Source: a virus
Taxonomy: Duplodnaviria > Caudoviricetes
Reading direction: 5' to 3' (one strand)
DNA length: 28,089 bases
IMG/VR virus record: IMGVR_UViG_3300042997_000382
Location: 1-28,089 of that record
Each line of letters begins with the position of its first letter. Position 1 is the first letter of the stretch. Of this stretch, positions 25,615 to 28,089 are shown in pieces. The notes under the pieces were generated by a model that was given only the letters and a program-made list of their open reading frames with translations, was not told the origin of the DNA and ran no database searches. Made by a program: the position numbers and the translations under genes.

Positions 25615-25821
25615 TTACATTTCGTCACGGCCAGTAGTGGCCCGGTAATACGTTCTAGCGCGCTGAGCCAAGACGGCACGACATAAAGAGCAGACCGGTT
25701 CGCCGTTTCTACGGTGCCGGACCGCGGCGGCGTACGTTCCGCAAGGTTGTAGCTCTCTAGGCGGTCGGCCCCGGCGGCGGTCTCGATATTCGCGGGCGCG
25801 TTGTGCATCATTCTTCGCCAT
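25615..25821 (-). CDS. Small basic Zn-binding protein
   Basis: PCGT.AA..RH.R.GEP.C..C motif common in actinophage small regulators. Confidence 0.75.
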   Translation of the reverse strand: MAKNDAQRAREYRDRRRGRPPRELQPCGTYAAAVRHRRNGEPVCSLCRAVLAQRARTYYRATTGRDEM

Positions 25822-26029
25822 CGGTTAGGACCGCACCGCCTGTAGTACGGATGTAGTCGGTAAGGATTTCGGCGTGTAGGTCTCGTATTACGGCGGCGTC
25901 TGCGGCGTACTGGTCGTTATTCTCAACCGCTAAAGAATGTACGTAGCCGAGTAGGTGCGAACGATATTGCAGTAGCGCAGCGACTAATAGCCGCCGATCC
26001 CCTTCGGTAAATTCCAGCGGTGCGGTCAT
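25808..26029 (-). CDS. Hypothetical protein
   Basis: Start moved to MTAPLEF (ATGA overlap). Confidence 0.65.
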   Translation of the reverse strand: MTAPLEFTEGDRRLLVAALLQYRSHLLGYVHSLAVENNDQYAADAAVIRDLHAEILTDYIRTTGGAVLTDGEE

Positions 26030-26268
26030 GCCGTCACCGCCTGAACCGTTGCGCTGCAACGCAACCGCGGAGCCATAGAGTAGCTACCCAACGGGTAACA
26101 GTATTCGCCTTCGCCGTCTGTCTTAATACCTACGCGCTTCGGCTCGCCGTAATAGTTCAGCGTGACAAATTTCGCGGTACGTGAAACGACCGTAAAGCGA
26201 TAGACGCAATCCCAATCGCCGAGCGACCGAACCGCTAATTCCTGTCCTACCTCAAACTTGGTATTCAT
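26026..26268 (-). CDS. Conserved phage early hypothetical protein
   Basis: FEVG...RS..D.DC...FTV..RTAK.VT pattern; GAGG RBS; ATGA coupling. Confidence 0.75.
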   Translation of the reverse strand: MNTKFEVGQELAVRSLGDWDCVYRFTVVSRTAKFVTLNYYGEPKRVGIKTDGEGEYCYPLGSYSMAPRLRCSATVQAVTA

Positions 26269-26531
26269 GCTGACACCTCTGCGGGTGAAGTGTCAGCGAT
26301 TGAACCGGATACGTACCCTGCGGTAGCTGCGTAGCGGGCGAGAGCTTTAACGGCGGTCGCGTAGTTGTTGGTCCGCTTTGCTACAACGATCCCGTCTACG
26401 TCGTCGTAGATTCCGTATCCGCGTTCCTCGCAGTAGATACCGTTCGGAGCTGTCACTACGACCGCGTAGCGGGTCTTGGCTTTAGTGGTGAAGGTTTTGC
26501 CCTCTGCGGTGAAAGTGCGGTTTGTGGTCAT
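26265..26531 (-). CDS. First early gene, hypothetical protein
   Basis: GAAGGGGAG RBS, directly downstream of the promoter. Confidence 0.75.
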   Translation of the reverse strand: MTTNRTFTAEGKTFTTKAKTRYAVVVTAPNGIYCEERGYGIYDDVDGIVVAKRTNNYATAVKALARYAATAGYVSGSIADTSPAEVSA

Positions 26532-26569
26532 TGTCTCCCCTTCGGAGCTGCGGAACGCTTGCCGTCCCG

Positions 26570-26617
26570 ATATGGATATCTAACCATATTCCGTCACGGT
26601 CTGTCAAGTCTTTTTTT
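26570..26617 (-). promoter_or_regulatory. Probable early sigma-A-type promoter
   Basis: Perfect TTGACA at 26607-26602 with an upstream A7 tract; the -10 element is imperfect (GGTTAGATAT); palindrome CCGTGACGG in the spacer. Confidence 0.55.
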
Positions 26618-26646
26618 CGGGCCTCTGACGTGGGGAAATACACCGG

Positions 26647-26691
26647 AAAACGCAAAATGGCCCGGCCACCCGTGAAGGTAACCGGGCCATT
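26647..26691 (-). terminator. Intrinsic terminator ending the late operon
   Basis: AAUGGCCCGGUUACCU-UCAC-GGGUGGCCGGGCCAUU followed by UUGCGUUUU; GU pairs fit the minus strand. Confidence 0.8.
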
Positions 26692-26696
26692 CGCGA

Positions 26697-26787
26697 CCGG
26701 CTCTAATGGTATTAGTTAGCGGATGCTCCATTACGGTGCATACCGTCTATTCGGCGCGTGCAGGAATACGCGCCGTCGCTGAGCCGG
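26697..26787 (-). ncRNA. Candidate 4-way-junction structured element at the 3' end of the late operon
   Basis: Closing stem CCGGCUC/GAGCCGG enclosing three hairpins (8, 5 and 5-6 bp). Confidence 0.45.
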
Positions 26788-26791
26788 AGAC

Positions 26792-27382
26792 CTACGCCAC
26801 CCGCGTAACCGTACAAATAACCGACGGCACCGCCGGGCGAACCGGACCCGTCCGCGTACCTTCCGCAAGTAGCCTCATGCTCGAATCGGGCGACGACCAT
26901 ACAAGTTCTACATACTGACCGGCGGTAAACGTGTAAACGAAATTCCACGCCGCAACAATGCGCCTAGCGGACTGCTCTAGGGTTACATCCGTAGCGGTAC
27001 GGGCAACGTCGGTACCGTTTACACGTAACCAAATAGTCGCGTCGTCTTGGCCGCCGTCGGTTTTATCTAGCTGCGCGGAAAACTGAACGTTATAGGTACC
27101 GGCGTTAGCGATCACGAGCCGCGACGTAGGCGACCCTACTGTTACGCCGTTGCTTTCTTCGGTCGTATTGAACCGGATAGGCGTAGCCGTATTCGCGGTG
27201 ATCGTTTGCGTAGTCGAGTCGCTGAACGATCCGTAATAACCTTGCCACGTTGCGCCAGCCGGGCCGGTAGGACCGGAACCGCCGGCCGCGACGATAACGG
27301 GACCGGCAGTACGTACGACTACATCCGAAGACGCCGACCGTACGACTACATCCGTAACCCGTACCGTAACGTTGCTACTCAT
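26792..27382 (-). CDS. Fibre/spike-like structural protein with C1q/BclA-like beta-sandwich
   Basis: Short GxY repeat (GPTGPAGAT), YYGSFSD.TTQ, GTYNVQFSAQL, IWLRVNG.DV, GQYVELVW; duplicated DVVVR (16-bp repeat at 27312 and 27339). Confidence 0.65.
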   Translation of the reverse strand: MSSNVTVRVTDVVVRSASSDVVVRTAGPVIVAAGGSGPTGPAGATWQGYYGSFSDSTTQTITANTATPIRFNTTEESNGVTVGSPTSRLVIANAGTYNVQFSAQLDKTDGGQDDATIWLRVNGTDVARTATDVTLEQSARRIVAAWNFVYTFTAGQYVELVWSSPDSSMRLLAEGTRTGPVRPAVPSVICTVTRVA

Positions 27383-27717
27383 CGCGTAACGTCGTAGTCG
27401 ATACGGACCGGTCCCGCGAGGATCGTAGTTTTAACGCTGCCATTCGTTTCCTGTAAATCCCATACGCCAGTTCCAATACTGAGCGCACCGGTAATAGTCG
27501 CCGAAAGTGTGCAAGCAAACTGCCCGGCAGCAGCGTTCGTAATCGCACAAGTAAACGTAGCAATAGTGCTAGCGGCATCGGCAGTAGCTCGAATCTGCGC
27601 AGCATATGTACGCCCGGTGATATCTACCGGCGTGCCGTTAGATTCCTGCAACGTAACCGTGACCGTTTCCGTATCGCCGATACGAACCGAAATCGGATAG
27701 TAAGCCGGGGTAGCCAT
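27379..27717 (-). CDS. Beta-sandwich virion protein (BppU-N / fibre adaptor-like)
   Basis: GDT..V, PVDITG.T..AQIR, G.F..TL, VWDLQ.T, LAG.V...DVTR pattern. Confidence 0.65.
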   Translation of the reverse strand: MATPAYYPISVRIGDTETVTVTLQESNGTPVDITGRTYAAQIRATADAASTIATFTCAITNAAAGQFACTLSATITGALSIGTGVWDLQETNGSVKTTILAGPVRIDYDVTR

Positions 27718-27944
27718 TACTTAGCCGACAGAAGCGAAGCGGAACCTTTAGCGCCGAGCGGCGCGGAGATAACCGACGTAAGAACCGACAGAACCGCAGC
27801 ACCCGCCGCGATACCTGCGACGTTCTGCCAGTCAGCAGAGAACAGGTCGAAACCTTGCGACGCGCCTAACGCGAGTACGATCGCTTGCGCAGCGGATTTA
27901 AGCGCGCGTTCGATTGCGTCGCGTAGCCATTGAATATTAAACAT
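27717..27944 (-). CDS. Holin, r1t-like
   Basis: Start moved to MFNIQW; W...A.ERALKS.AQ ... DW ... AAVLSVLTSV..P signature. Confidence 0.85.
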   Translation of the reverse strand: MFNIQWLRDAIERALKSAAQAIVLALGASQGFDLFSADWQNVAGIAAGAAVLSVLTSVISAPLGAKGSASLLSAK

Positions 27945-28089
27945 TAGTTTTCTCCGGGTGTTGTTAAGGGTACTGCGGGTTCGTCTTCGTATTCGCGTTC
28001 GTCGTCGTCTAGATCGTCGTCTAGGTCCCATTCAGGATGCGGAAACGTTATTACTGCCATCGTCTAACCTCCATCGGTAAGCGTTCGTA
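27820..28089. repeat. Right copy of terminal repeat (holin 5' end, acidic peptide 27944-28060, 3' end of PnuC-like gene)
   Basis: See 1-270. Confidence 0.95.

Noticed and set aside
25623-26599. CCGTGACG at 25623-25630 and in the promoter spacer as a shared operator
   Set aside because: Only two 8-bp matches in a CG-rich genome; not distinguishable from chance without comparative data.
26697-26787. tRNA or pistol ribozyme
   Set aside because: No TTCRA loop, D-loop GG or CCA; AAUAG follows a hairpin as in pistol, but the pseudoknot partner for that loop is missing.
26712-26948. 78-aa ORF across the end of the fibre-like gene
   Set aside because: Alternate frame of a real gene; the remainder is better explained by RNA structure.
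27945-28031. Arg-rich N-terminal extension of the holin ORF (also 480-539, 19583-19819, 22914-22988)
   Set aside because: Out-of-frame readings of upstream genes; coupled internal starts are better supported.

Overview
The window is an apparently complete genome of a small long-tailed (siphovirus-like) dsDNA phage: a 27,819-bp circle plus a 270-bp imperfect terminal overlap (1-270 = 27820-28089). Every credible gene is on the minus strand. The host is most likely an actinobacterium (WhiB, Rpf-type transglycosylase, r1t-type holin, actinophage-type replication initiator). Read in transcription order from the promoter near 26600: early small genes, a ~190-nt highly structured intergenic element (25027-25215), Erf recombinase, HNH, Hjc-type resolvase, WhiB, Rpf-domain lipoprotein, replication initiator with internal iterons, HTH, HNH, putative cos region, TerS, TerL, HK97 portal, prohead protease with an N-terminal HiPIP-like Cys4 domain, HK97 capsid, neck and tail genes with a -1 frameshifted chaperone, tape measure, Dit, tail tip proteins and an amidase endolysin. 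Next come a metallophosphoesterase / DUF6378-like / PnuC-like cassette, the holin, two displaced structural genes, a 4-way-junction element and a terminator. No integrase, divergent repressor switch, polymerase, helicase, tRNA or CRISPR array was recognised. The best candidates for something new are the structured non-coding elements (especially 25027-25215 and a post-capsid hairpin whose loop is complementary to the phage's own AAGGGGA ribosome-binding sites), the HiPIP-like protease fusion, the Rpf lipoprotein and the late nucleotide-handling cassette. All family calls are by-eye motif recognition, not database searches.
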